DNA from: Marsupella aquatica
Taxonomy: Eukaryota > Plantae > Marchantiophyta
NCBI GenBank assembly: GCA_973895155.1
Contig: OZ316892.1
Span: 7,361,251 to 7,425,250, forward strand
Length of the DNA: 64,000 nt
Reading direction: 5' to 3'
In this document: positions 38,708 through 51,122 of the stretch, one piece after another
Layout of the letters: each line of letters opens with the position of its first letter
Position numbering within the stretch: position 1 is the first letter of the stretch
Made by a program: the position numbers and the translations under genes
Notes under the pieces: generated by a model
Told to the model about the DNA's origin: nothing
Databases searched by the model: none
What the model saw: the letters and a program-made list of their open reading frames with translations, nothing else

Positions 38708-39640
38708 CTATGGGCCGAAGACCAATGCTCTAACCTCAATGCTTGACCTGCCGGGCGCATCTACTGGTGTTCTGGGATCCTCGAAAGCAGAATGCGGCAC
38801 CCTTCCCCCACGCACAACCTGAAATGATTCCTCCTTCAGTGCCTCACTGTCAAAGCACTCCAACAGCAACCTCTCGTCATTCTGCATCCCGCTCAAATAA
38901 TGCCATTTCTGGCCTGGATTGTACCTCACACTGGCCGTCTCGGCAGTGCGATCTGGATACCTGTGCTCTATGGGGATGAGGTCCGTATTTTCCACAGACG
39001 CCGATGAGGCGAAGGAGAGTGGGGAGGAGACCACCGGCCCATTGAGGGGCCGCCAGACGTTGATGATGCGGTATCGGCCTTGCAAGAGCGTCTCAGCTTC
39101 TGTGCCGAGGTGGCGCTTGACGCGCTGTCTCGCACCTTTGGCAGTCTGGTCGATGTGCGCTCTCAACACTGGACCGCGTTTGTTAGGGCGGCGGATCGTA
39201 TGGTCGAAGAATAAGACTCTGTGGCTGCCGGGGACGTTTTGAAGGATCAGTTTCTCCACCTCGGGGTAGTAGTTCTGCTCAATCGATTCGTCGGATGTGA
39301 AATCCTTTTTTGCGGAATCAGGCACGTTGCGGATCACTTGGAAGGCGTCGTTGTCCAGAGTGTACTCATCTTCGTGGCCCCGGATGTCATGAATAATGAC
39401 CGAGGTTGTGAAGTTGCCGTAGTTGCTCCAAGGCTGACCCTCCGGAGGTGTCTCGTTGTAATTGAATGGAACGGAACCGTCTTCTGGTGCCTTATAGAAG
39501 TTCAAAGTGGCGGTGACATCTCCGCGGGGGATGCTCAGCAACGAATTGGCTGTGCCATCTGTTTTATCTTGAGCTTCAGCCCGTGCAGATTTTGAAAGAT
39601 TGTGCGCTGGTGTGACGTTATGAAATGCCACCGCTGCCAT
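38708..39640 (-). CDS. AsaB/CmcJ/NvfI-like Fe(II)/2-oxoglutarate-dependent hydroxylase/desaturase, copy A (310 aa, intronless)
   Basis: Family motifs: IHDIRG..TLDNDAF, YYPEVEKL, FDHTIRR, AHIDQT (HxD), GRYRIINVWRPL, WHYLSGMQNDE, RVPHSAFEDP (distal His), RSSIEVRALVF. The ATG at 39640 is shared with the paralog. An upstream in-frame ATG lies at 39700. Confidence 0.88.
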   Translation of the reverse strand: MAAVAFHNVTPAHNLSKSARAEAQDKTDGTANSLLSIPRGDVTATLNFYKAPEDGSVPFNYNETPPEGQPWSNYGNFTTSVIIHDIRGHEDEYTLDNDAFQVIRNVPDSAKKDFTSDESIEQNYYPEVEKLILQNVPGSHRVLFFDHTIRRPNKRGPVLRAHIDQTAKGARQRVKRHLGTEAETLLQGRYRIINVWRPLNGPVVSSPLSFASSASVENTDLIPIEHRYPDRTAETASVRYNPGQKWHYLSGMQNDERLLLECFDSEALKEESFQVVRGGRVPHSAFEDPRTPVDAPGRSSIEVRALVFGP

Positions 39641-41317
39641 GTTGTTGATCGATAAGATAAGACCCCTGCTCTGTGAGGGATAGAATAATGACGGCTGCAT
39701 ATAACTTGGCCACAGGATGAATATGTTGCTATCAATGCGACCTTCTCCTATCAGACAGATTGAGAACTGTCTGCTAGCAAGACCACGAAAGACACTCGGG
39801 AAATAAGTCCAACTGAGCGAGAACCGGAGAAAAAGTGAGTAATATTTGCTGTGAGTGGTTGCGTTGTATAAGTGCTCAGTCTTGAGGATTGATTACGGAG
39901 CACGTCTGCACAGTAAACGATAGAATGGAGAACATTATAGTGTCAGTGCTGGGGGTCAGTCCCAGTGGAAAGCTCGACGTCTGGTGTACGTTGGATGAGT
40001 CCAATTTCGATAGCTAGGTTTATTGTAGTATCTGTGATCGATGTATTTGACCAAGCCAAACGTTATAGAAACGAACTTGATATATTCATTCGGACCTTCT
40101 GATGTATCTAGCGAACTTGTCGCCACACACTTTAGAAGCTGGAGTTTCGAGGTGGGCTTCCAAGAAAGGCCGTGTACCGGAATCAGAGTCCTTTCTTACC
40201 AAAATAGTAGGACGATCCTTGCGATACCGCAGGGGAAACTTCCACATCTGAATAAGCCCAAATGGCAGCTCCTTAGTACGGGGCAGCTCGCAAAGTTTCA
40301 TCATATTTCAGATCCGGGCTGGCAACGAAGCTGTGGGCCAATTTGCTGCTACCTGAAGAGAATATCCTCTACCGCTGCACCATTGGAAGGGACATGTGTT
40401 ATTTCGGTGGGATAGTCTCGGTAGGGATTAGACATCATTCGGGCGACGAGACCTCCAGGTGTCACCAAAATGCCAGTGACTGAGTGTATGATTTCGGAAT
40501 AAGGGTGGTTGTGGACTTGTGGAGGGGCTGTCGATCTGCAACTTCTTGTTGATGCAGCTGGAAGGTACGTACAGGAGTATCTACCTAGCTAACGTATCTG
40601 CACAAGCACCGCGGCCATGTTAGAAGCTGGAGGTTCGTAGGTGACTTCACTCTAAAGTTGATTTGGTCAGTAGGGTAATACGAACAAGTCAAAGGACTTC
40701 GGATAGTCAAGCCCAATCAGTATTGATGATCAAGAATAGGATTGCATCATCGAAGGGGGATTATTGACCTGTAGCTTAAATGCACTCTTGAGCGATGCAA
40801 TTGCGAATGGTGATTGAACTTGTAATTCTGAAGTGTAGCGATCTGACGTAATTTGATTCATGCTTGTTTCTCACGCGTAGAATGGATGGCATTGTTTGTG
40901 ATGGTTCACCACAGAGCATTCAATGCAATACATTACACAAAAACGTAAACGAACCTAGATATTGTATGATAGAATTCACCCATTTCTGGCAAGGTCCTCT
41001 GGTGTTCACTCTGAGTATAAGAGGGATACCGAAACTCCCTCCTCCCATTTGGATCTCCTGTAGGAATGCAAATGTTCAGATCTACCAATTGTCCAGCTGG
41101 GCGGAAGGAAATGCAAGCTGAAAGTAGTACGAAGGTCATTAAGCGCAAACTTGACATAGTCATGGTTGTGTACTCATGACAATTCACAGGAGAAGATTTT
41201 GCTTTTGCCTTAGGTGCAAAATTACGTAGCTAACACGGTTAATAGCTGCTAAGGTGCAAACGCGCAGCGTGGACCCTTGCACTAGAAATGAGTGCAAATT
41301 AAGTCAAACTAAGGTGA

Positions 41318-41430
41318 AGAGTTTACTAGTGTGAAAATATGAGGTGCAGAATACTCGGTCTAATTAAGGCGCAGAGTTTACTAGTGTGAAAATATGAGAG
41401 TGTGAAAATATGAAGTGTAGAATACTGGTC
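41318..41430. repeat. Short tandem duplication (agagtttactagtgtgaaaatatgag x2 plus a partial copy)
   Basis: Read directly from the sequence. Confidence 0.75.
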
Positions 41431-41529
41431 CCAGAATACACCGCAATATTCTAAGTGAAAAACAGAATGCTCCGTCATTGAGTCAATACAGTGCAAAGTT
41501 GAAATTACACTAAAGTTCAGAAACTAAAT

Positions 41530-41724
41530 ATGCAATCCTTACCATACAGCTGTATGTACATCTATGGTTGAAGATGGCTGCTGCAAGGAACTTGGATGCA
41601 ATCCTTACCATACAGCTGTCTATACATCAATGATTGAGGATGCATGGTTGCTGCACGGAGCTTATATGCAATCCTTACCATACAGTTGTCTGTACATCCA
41701 TGGTTGAAGATCATGGCTGCTGCA
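41530..41724. repeat. Three-unit minisatellite (66-70 bp; atgcaatccttaccatacag...gctgca)
   Basis: Units start at 41530, 41596 and 41666. Confidence 0.88.
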
Positions 41725-42999
41725 GATTTAATCATCAATGAGATATAGAATGCACTTGGAGTAAGTCAAGTGCAATGTCTGGCTAGCTACATATATATAC
41801 ACTATATATTGAAAAAATGTGACACCTACATGATGTCCATGGGATGACAATGTTGTAGCACGCATAATTATATCCAAGGACATGTCAAGGATCATGTGGG
41901 GGATCATGTCAACTTGGGGCTCCGGGACGTATCCTACAATTTAGCTTCTCAGATGATCTATCCAGGAGTGAACATGCAGTGAGGTTTATGGGAGATTGCA
42001 AACCGGCCATTTCACCACAATGAAACCGAGAATGAAACGTTTGAATTACCTAAGTATGAGAAATGAAATAGATTAGATATAGAGATTCGAAGGCGAGCTG
42101 CTGAGGTATGGACGGCTTGATCGAGGTAGCTGGCCCGGTTGTTGGTGAAGTCTCGGATCACACTCAGAATCAAATTAAGGTTGGCTGGCCATCGACATAA
42201 TTATCTAATAGACTGCAACAGTTGCTCATGGTAATTAGCTCTGAAAAGTTTTAGCTTGGTGATCGAGTACAAATGACAGTTTGTCGAGGTTCTTGTCCAT
42301 ATGCAGTGGACTATTCTAGGCATTGGGTTGTACATATTTAAAATATTTGTGCCATATATTGAAACAATATATCATACAATGCATTTAGAGATGACAGTTC
42401 TTGTCACTGGGGGTTCTTGTCCATATGCAGTGGACTATTGTAGGCATTGGGTTGTACATATTGATAGAAATCTAAACACCCATTTCACTGAAAGACTAAT
42501 GGAGTAGGGACTTCCATTTTTTGATACCCCGAAATCAAAATTGTCATCTTTCACTAAGACGTCCTCATTGAATAATTGCTAGTACTATGTCGGTTGGCCA
42601 TGAAGCTCCTCAATTGAGGCTTTACTTCTTTTTTGCTTCAGAGTTTCATTGCCCCGTAGGCAATAGTGAGTTTTGCATCTTATCAAGACAGCCACTATGA
42701 ATTGTCTAGAATCACACAAGAAAAACCCATTGTACATGTTAGTAAGAGTGGCGATCGATCAATAAGTACCAGTACCTACCCTCAAGTAATTAGTTACCCT
42801 ACCTACCCACGTCCCTACTAAAATTCAGTAAACTTTGACATAAGTATTTTCTCACCAAATCTTGGGTGAATGTTGAGGGGCCTCCACATGGGGCCTCCAC
42901 ATTTGGTACCTTTCCCTTATTGAAGGGAACCATTAATGTCACATAGTTTATAGATGTCACACAATTTACAATAGTGCTGCTCTCTTTTGACTTCGGAAT

Positions 43000-45900
43000 T
43001 GAGGCTAATGTTAAGATCTATAACAATCACATGTACACTTGTAAGAATGCCAAAATTAGATGAAGAAAATCAGATCTAATTATGTCATATACCAGTAGGG
43101 AGACTAGTGATATTGCACTATCAACAGATTGAACTTTTGAGTGGTCGTTGCATGCAAAGACAATCTTGAATTTGGATAGAGATATAAGAATTTGATATTT
43201 CATTTGAATGCAGGACATAATAATTCTTTCCTGAATTTCAACTACTTCAATACTTAGAGCACATACAAGAGCTATTGTAAATTGTTGGAAGTCTTTACCT
43301 TCTTCTTAATTGGCAAGCATGTCTTTAATATCATTTTGAAGTGGGTCATTGTCATGAGAAAGAGTAAGAGATGAAGATACCCCAATTTTGATTGAGTTCA
43401 AACAATTTCTTGTAATCTTGGATCTTGTAGTTGTTGGGGCTACACATGGTTGATGTCAACTGTTGTTTTTAGCTACTTCAATTTAGTAGAATCTGTGGTC
43501 TTTGTGCTTGTCAAGGATTGATTCGAAGAATGTGAATCTGTACTTGTGTTGGAGAGTGAAGACTCTGAGGATATTTTCTCTACTGGAGACCGTCTTAGAC
43601 CCGGCATGGCATGCATGCAAGTCCTCTACAAAGAGCTCCTACATGTTTAGGTTACATACAATCAATACATGCGCCTATGATGCCAATATGGCCTATCAAT
43701 AGAAGTTGTAGGAAAAAAATTACTTACTTACCTTAGCTCCCTTTGTGGCGTAGTTCCCCTCATGACCTACACCAATCACCAGTTGTTCTTTCTTCACATG
43801 TTTATGTTCTGGTGAAATGAAAAGAAATCATTAAAACTGTGACTCCCCACTCCAACAAGTTCTATTAGTTGTTGCATTTGATGCCTGTGACTCAAAGTCT
43901 AAATCATTCAAGGTTGGGCTCTGTACTTTGACTATGGACTTTGTTGATACTTGCACTAGCCACTAAGAGTCTTCTTCTAACTTGGTTGCAGATTCATCCT
44001 TTCTGACAACTGAGTCAGCCTATGGAAGAGTCTGAGTACGTGAGCCACTCTGGGTCTTCCTTCGACTTGGTTGGAGATTCTTCATCCTGCATCTCCTCAG
44101 CTAAGTGATCCTTTGGCATAGTCGTAGTGAGGCACTCTTCTTTTGACTAATTGGGTGGAGATTCTTCATCATGCATGCCAGCTGAGCTTGCAAAGGGAAG
44201 ATAGAGTCTCAAGAATATCCTGGTTTTCTGCTCAATGATGACAATCTTTTGTAGTCTATTAGTGGAGTTGTGCTTCTTGTGGTCCAAGAACCATCCACGC
44301 ATGATGTCACTCATTTGTTGTTTAGCCTATATGCATACTGATCCCTCCAATTGTCGACACCGACTCCTCAAGCTCAGGAACACACTGACTCCTCTATAAA
44401 CTCCATTGTGTCCTTGTAAGATTTTTTCTCTAACTTGAAATTAGATCTCCATGCATTCACTACATGCAATAGGATTGAAGAAGTCTGAAAAAGTCCTCTC
44501 ATCTTCTCTACATTTCTGTTATAGGTGGTATGTGCTCAGGGATGATAAGTTTCCAAGTACCCTTTTCCCCACATGTTACTATATTCATCTGCTAGTTTTT
44601 TGGAAACACTTTAGTGTAAAGGTCATTGATATCAGTCACCGGGGCAGGGGGAACTTAGATAAAAGCTTTCCCAGGCAACCCCTCTGACTGCTGCTGGAAA
44701 ATTAATGCTTTGTAATAGGTGTTAGGGGGCTTCTCTTTCAATCTCACCTTGAGTTTCATAGCTTGGTCTAAACCCTAAACCTTCCCCATAGATGTTTCTC
44801 TTCCACTACCAATTGAAAAGCGTTTCCACTACCAATTGAAAAGCTTGGTCTTGGAACGCTCTCCGATAAAGAAAATCTTTCACACATGGTTTCATTCTCA
44901 ATTGCAGACTGGTTTCACTGTAGCGACCCTGACATTATCTCTTAGACAACCATTTTATTAGGCGAGTTGCCTTACCAAAATTATAATTCAAATGAGATAT
45001 GGAGTTCTTCTGGAGACGTACATGTCCAACAAGATCTCTCCATCGATATCCTGCATTACTAAAATCTTGGTCTGATCTTGGCTTAGAGCTAAATTTCTCT
45101 CCAAAAGGAATTTCCTCGATCAGTTCCAAAGGATCCATACGTGTTTTGAACAGTCGTCATGTTGAAAGCTGGTTACTTTGGCTAGCTAGGCTTTACTCTA
45201 ATTACTGACTTTGACCCGGGCTTTGACCTTTTTGTGCAGCTTGTGTGAGTAGGTGGCAATTGTTTGAGCCATTTTGAGAAACCCTGAGCTCTACTGCTGG
45301 CTGCGCCATAATTTGATCAAGAAGCTAGGTGTCGGGTGGAGTCGATAATTAGGCAGCTTGTGTGCCCGACTTGTGAGAGTGGCAAGGCAAGTTAGGGCTG
45401 TAGCATCAATGATGAAGAGAACTTTGGACCAATTAACCTGGGGAATTGATACCTCTCTAAAGTTCAAAATGCTGAATTTATAGTTATGTTTAGACAGGCA
45501 GCTGGTGGCTGGGATGGGGTCTCCTTCAAGTTCAACATGACGATATCAATTATGCTCTCAAAATGTAACCAGCTATAGAATAATCCCAGATGCTACTAGG
45601 AGATAACATGCCAAGATAACATGCCAAAAAGGACCACATGGGACAAATATTTAGCAGTAAAAAGAGGGCTCAGGTCTCTCTCTCTAGTATTGAACAAGGT
45701 GCTTCCCATGATTATGGGGCCCGTTATGGGGTCAGCCAAGAACAAAATCCAAACTTGAATCCACCCAATACGTATTTTGAGGAAAGCCAAGTGTACTTGT
45801 CATTTGTGTGGTGAACTTGGTCAAATGATTCCCAAAGTAACTCAAAGAGGCCATATGAGTCTTAACAACTTTTCTCACAGAACGCTAGTACAAGAACCGA
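43000..45900 (-). mobile_element. Probable highly degraded LINE (L1-like) 5' portion: ORF1 and endonuclease remnants
   Basis: Minus-strand fragments resemble a decayed zinc knuckle (C..QVGHT near 45350-45400) and an APE endonuclease start (..FACNDH.. near 43150). Many stops and frameshifts make this recognition weak. Confidence 0.4.
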
Positions 45901-45999
45901 GACAAGAACCCGTAACCCCGCCCGTAACTGGTCTTGGGGAAGTTGATCATGTTGAACTTGAAGGACCAGGTAATAGAGGTTGAAGCCAGATGACAACCA

Positions 46000-48720
46000 A
46001 ATTGACACTGTCTAGTACTGCGCGCAATGCCAAGTGCAAACTCCCCTCTAAATAAATAAACAACAATGCAATCAGATGATGTTCAGAGCTTGGATGACAC
46101 AATACTTGAGATAGTCATATTTGAATTGTTTTCTATGTTGGATCAACTCAAGGTAAGTATTGAATTGCATGGTAACAAAAGGTGCTAAAAATATGATACC
46201 GCAACATTCACAAGAACTCAGTTGGAGGCACAAGTAGCTGGGACATCACTAGGATAGATTACCGAGGGTTATCTTTGGCACGATTCTTCACTTTGGCTGG
46301 TCCTGATTGGAAGGGTGGTTTAGGCGGAATGGCTACCCCAAAAATTTGGAACCATCTAAATGGGTGTACCAAATGAATGGTATGCCTATTCCAGACAAAT
46401 GGCTCTTGTGCACGCAAGAAAAGGGAATCAGACACTCTCCGGCCGTTTTTCAATGCTCAGATGAATTTCCAATTTGCCCCATTGAGAATTGTGGGATAAA
46501 AACGTCTGATATTTGTGCATTTTCCTACAAACTTGCCAATAGCAAAAATTTTCACACTACTATTCCAAAGTTAGACATTTTGTGATGAGATTTTCCAATG
46601 TGGTAGAACCAATCACATTGGTTATCAAAGGAAGGGGAAGTTCAAGGAATAGAACCGTTATCCCACCGTTATACATAGATGAGTTTTGGCATGGGAGTAT
46701 GCTCCAGCAATATAGTGAATTTTGGAATCCAAATACAACATGGAAAGTCATGTGTCCAATGAAATGGTAATTAATTGCAAAAACGAAGGCAGCCATACAG
46801 ATATGGCCAACTATGTGTGAAGACTTGGATGATGATGACAATTTTGAAGAAGCAACAAAATTCTACCACTTTCCATGTGGGGACTGTTGATACAACTGAA
46901 ATCTATCAACAGCCTGTTGATGTAAAGGTAAGCTAACATACTTTTTGCGGAATCAACTCAATCTGATTGATTCTATACTAACTCATGCCTCAGTTCACTT
47001 TATTGTTAGTCACTAGGAAAGAAGCCCCTTCCTATATGAGAGTACGTGAAAGTGACTAATGTGTGTGTCTTATTTTGTTTATGTTGGGGTCAATCAGGGC
47101 TTGCCATAGTGGGGCATTGCATTGGATTTCAAGCAGCTAAGTAATATTGTTCAGAAAGATTGTTGGACTGTGGAGATTGTTATCGTGAATGGTGGTAAAC
47201 ACCCACTCTAGGACTCCAAAATAGCTCAGCCTATTGCTTTACTCTAGCTTCATTCCCATGTCATCGAAGTTGTTGCAGAGAAAGAAGTGTCATCTATAAT
47301 TGCAAGCATTGTTGAAACCCCTTTGGGCACATGATTGATTGTTTTGTTGATGGATTTCCCATCAAAATTTTGATTTTTGGTTCCTTCTTCCTTGACGTCA
47401 GATCATAGAAATGATGAGGTCATTGTTTGAGTGATGGTCATGAGTTGGACAGGGATGGATCCGGACCAGCTCAGAGTAGGCTTGACGGGACCTTGTTAAT
47501 GGGCTATATATAATGGTTGTAGGTGTGAGTTTTTAAATTCTGAAAATATTGGTGCAACTGTGGGGAAGAAAAGAAAGATTGTCTTGTACAATCACAATAA
47601 TAGACAAGCAGTTAGGATTCAAGCTATGAAGCGAGATATTCAAGCAATGCATTATTTTGGCAAGTGTTTAAGAGAGGCAGCAAAGGAAGATCAAAGATCA
47701 TTCTGAGTTCAAACAGCAAAGTGGATTGTCATTCTACTCAGATAACATGTACGTGGTCCCTCTATGATCTTTATGGATTTGATCTATCACTGGATCTTGT
47801 CCAGACCCAATGCATGGTTTATCATTAGGAGTGCTCAAAAGTTTTAGTGACAGACTATTGGGTTCTTGTAATGTTGGAGAAGTAAAATAATATTGATGAA
47901 GGTCTTACAACATGTTACCAATCATCATGCAACCTGTTGGATTAGGTGCACGTTGGCCACAGCCCCCTCTATATGTGAAAATTTTAACAGGTCCAGGATC
48001 AAAGTGGAGGTTCTCAAACAACAAAGCCGAGGAACATGTGTTTTCCATACTATATTGTGCAGCTCCTATCTTGGAGGAGTTGGGACATGGTCTTGGAACT
48101 GGTCTAAGTGCACAGGCTCTCTACTTATATATTTAAGTAGATTGTTTTTTGTGATTTCAAGAAAGCAAGGATGGACCAGTGACATGATCAAAATTGCAAG
48201 GCAAAAATTCTCAGCTTGGCAAGTGCTTACAAAAGAAACTTCCAGAGCAAACGGCCAAATAGTACGTGGAGCATGTTATTGGTTGGAAACTCCTACTATC
48301 TTAATATGTTATTCATGTTGTCAACATAAATCCTTCACTTTCTCTTTTGTATATAGCCTACTTCCTGATTCGAGTTTAAAACATATGTGCTTATATCTTG
48401 TCTGTGTACTTATCTTGAAATGAGAAGGGAATGGATTGGAGAATTGTTGGATAATATCCATGGACATGCATGCATGGTCACCAGTACATTTTCTGGTGCT
48501 GTAGTTTGGAACACATGGTTAGTGGTTATAACAGTGTAAGTACATTTGATAAAAGCAATTCAATGAGCTCAGTTATGCACAGTACTTTTGCCGCCAACTC
48601 TTTTCAGTGAGTCTTTTTCTCAGCCACAACACAACAAAGATGGGTTGCACAAAGACCAAAGGACATTGGGATTGTTACATGGTTCCTTGTATCCCTGCAT
48701 CATTGGACCAACAGGTAAAT
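46000..48720 (+). pseudogene. Degenerate CACTA/EnSpm-like (Tnp2-type) transposase
   Basis: Broken plus-strand fragments occur in the expected order: DEFWHGS..SEFWNP..W..CP (46680-46760), GH(W)xGFQ...CWTVEIVI (~47110-47190), VMVMSWTG..P (~47430-47470) and PDPMHGLSLGVLK (~47800-47840, DxMHxxxLG motif). No terminal inverted repeats were identified. Confidence 0.62.
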
Positions 48721-49172
48721 AATTAAGAAAGTGAGTACGTGTGGCATTTGAATTTGATGACATTACTCCTCGTACTCATCTGTTGATTCCTTGACTACCT
48801 GGGTGTTGTCCTCCTTGGCCAATGTGCAACCATGTTGTCATTGTTTCATTATCCCCTGGGGAGAAAAATGCACCTTAATTGCATTTAGTTTGGATCACTT
48901 TAGTTGACTATGATGATCTGGATGGCGTTGACAAAAATGAGATTCAGAATTATGATAAAACACTGCTGGAATTTGTTTGGTTAGCACTTGATCATTCAAC
49001 TGATCATTCTCAAATTTTCCTTGTGTTACCCCCAAGGTCAAGATGTATGTACGTGGTACCTTTTTTTATTTTGTCAATTGACAGAATACTCTTGACTAAC
49101 TAAGGTAACCTATGTATCTGCTAAGTATATGACCTGGATCCACTGGGTTTTGTTTTTGCAGACAGTGGCTCC

Positions 49173-49374
49173 TTCAAATCACACCTGCCCTGGCTTTAAA
49201 AGCTACGGGTTACCTATAGTTGCCATTGAAAGAGGCCATTCAAATCACACCTGCCCTTTTAAAAGCTACAGGTTACCCATATCTATGTTTTATGTTAGCT
49301 ATTTTTAATGGTAGCTATGGTTAACCCGTAGCTTTTAAATGGCAGGTGTGATTTGAATGGCCTTTTTAATGGTA
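49173..49374. repeat. Direct plus inverted repeat cassette (MITE-like or subterminal-repeat-like foldback)
   Basis: ttcaaatcacacctgccc..ttaaaagctac(g/a)ggttacc occurs at ~49173 and ~49239. An inverted copy, ggttaacccgtagcttttaaatggcaggtgtgatttgaatggcc, lies at ~49319-49374. Confidence 0.85.
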
Positions 49375-51122
49375 AAGGGACACAATAGAAGTGGAATTTA
49401 ATGGAATTCAAGAGTGCCTAGATTTTAGTCCAGAACTCTTGACTTGGAGCATGCATAAATGTGCACCACACCAATTCCACAATTCCATCCAAGGCATGAT
49501 ATAAAATCTTGCCCACAAGAGTATGTTCTTGCACCTAGAAATTGACCCAATAATGTCATACAGGAACAATCCTTCCATGCTATTCTCTGTATTTGTATTC
49601 CTTCGCACACCACCTCATCAGCGAATCTGGACATCTTACAAGAAACTAGATGCAACCAGATTGTAGTGGACTGTCCCTAACAGAGAACAACATGATTAGC
49701 AAAATTCAGCATAAGTAGAGAAACTGTCGATTGCGAAGTCTGAAGACTGTTCGAACGAAATTGACCCAATGATAAGTTGATTCCAGAGTAAGTAGAGGGC
49801 CCACTCGAAAGGGTTTCAAGAAAGCAGCACTCCTATTCTGCATTCACAGCTCAGACTTATTTTGCATTCACAGAAAACTCTATGTTCCCAAGAAGAAGAC
49901 CTGTTCCAATCTAGGACATAAAGGAAGCGTTTTTGGGACAGAATGGACTTCGATTTGGCCTGCTGGCCAGTTTCATAGGCCGTCAGGCGAGCATATATAA
50001 AACCAGTACTCATCAAATCAGGTTCATAACTACCATCACGGTGCCTTTCTCCAATTATCATTTCAATAAAATCCCTGAATTCATCTCAGTTTCCGAGGTC
50101 GTGTTAGTTTCCCTCAGCCGATTCGAATTGCCCGCCTACTTCGCTTGTTCATCGACGTGTTTACAATAGAAATACAGCTCAACAGGTACTTTGTTTTCCT
50201 CAACCGATCCGTGGTCCCCGGCTCCGGACCGGGACTCTCTCATCGAGGTGTTTAGAATGGAAATATAGCTCACCAGGCCTAGAGCCATTGAAATGTTTTT
50301 AATCTAAATCACATTCAATTTTCCGGTAGATGGACGGGTGTACGCATTGCGAGATGCATTGGCGGGGCAAGCATCTAATCAACCACAACGCCAGCGCTGC
50401 GTCTGCAACACTGGCTAGCACGGTATGTGGCAAACCACTCAACGCACAACTCTATATGTGATTCAATCTGGAATATATAGCGATTCATTGTCGAGTCTAA
50501 CAATCTTCAGTACCCGAATGCATATAAGTCAGTCATTTATGGAAAGAAGAGCCAAGATAGTGTCTCCAGTAAATTCACGTAGTCTAATTACACATCAATG
50601 GTTCTACGAGCTGGGGTAAATTAATTGGCTTGTGCTTTGTGCACAAATTGCTATAGCCATTATGATAGATATTCTTACAAAGACTTACACAGTCGACAAT
50701 CAGCACAACCGGCCCAGACAGCACAAAGAGGTGACAACGAAATTATTGTGTCCAAGGGATATAATTATGTATATACAGCAGATGAATCACAAGGCAAACT
50801 CGGAGCGCTATATCTAGACTCTATCGATCTTCTACGTACAGTGCCAGCATTGCACATTTGCAAATAAATTGAGGAATCAGCAGATCTGGCACTTTCAGCA
50901 CCACAGTTGTGCATGATTGTATTCATAAACCCTCCAATAATGCTCGCTAGGAAAATTCGGGAGACCACGCTTAGACAGTCGATGAAATGTATAATCCTAC
51001 TGTCTCCAACAGTGTGATATCTTGCACTTTGTTTGGCAACTATGTCTGCAATTCAGGGATACCACACCTAGAAAAAGTCGGCCGAATGGAGGCCCAGAAT
51101 TTATCTAACCATCCATGATACT

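Noticed and set aside
40900-41120. Kinase-like GGGSFG fragment on the minus strand
   Set aside because: No other kinase subdomains nearby, and the frame is closed by stops.
49816-50170. Short ORFs in the segment unique to duplication unit B
   Set aside because: No recognisable domain or convincing splice structure.
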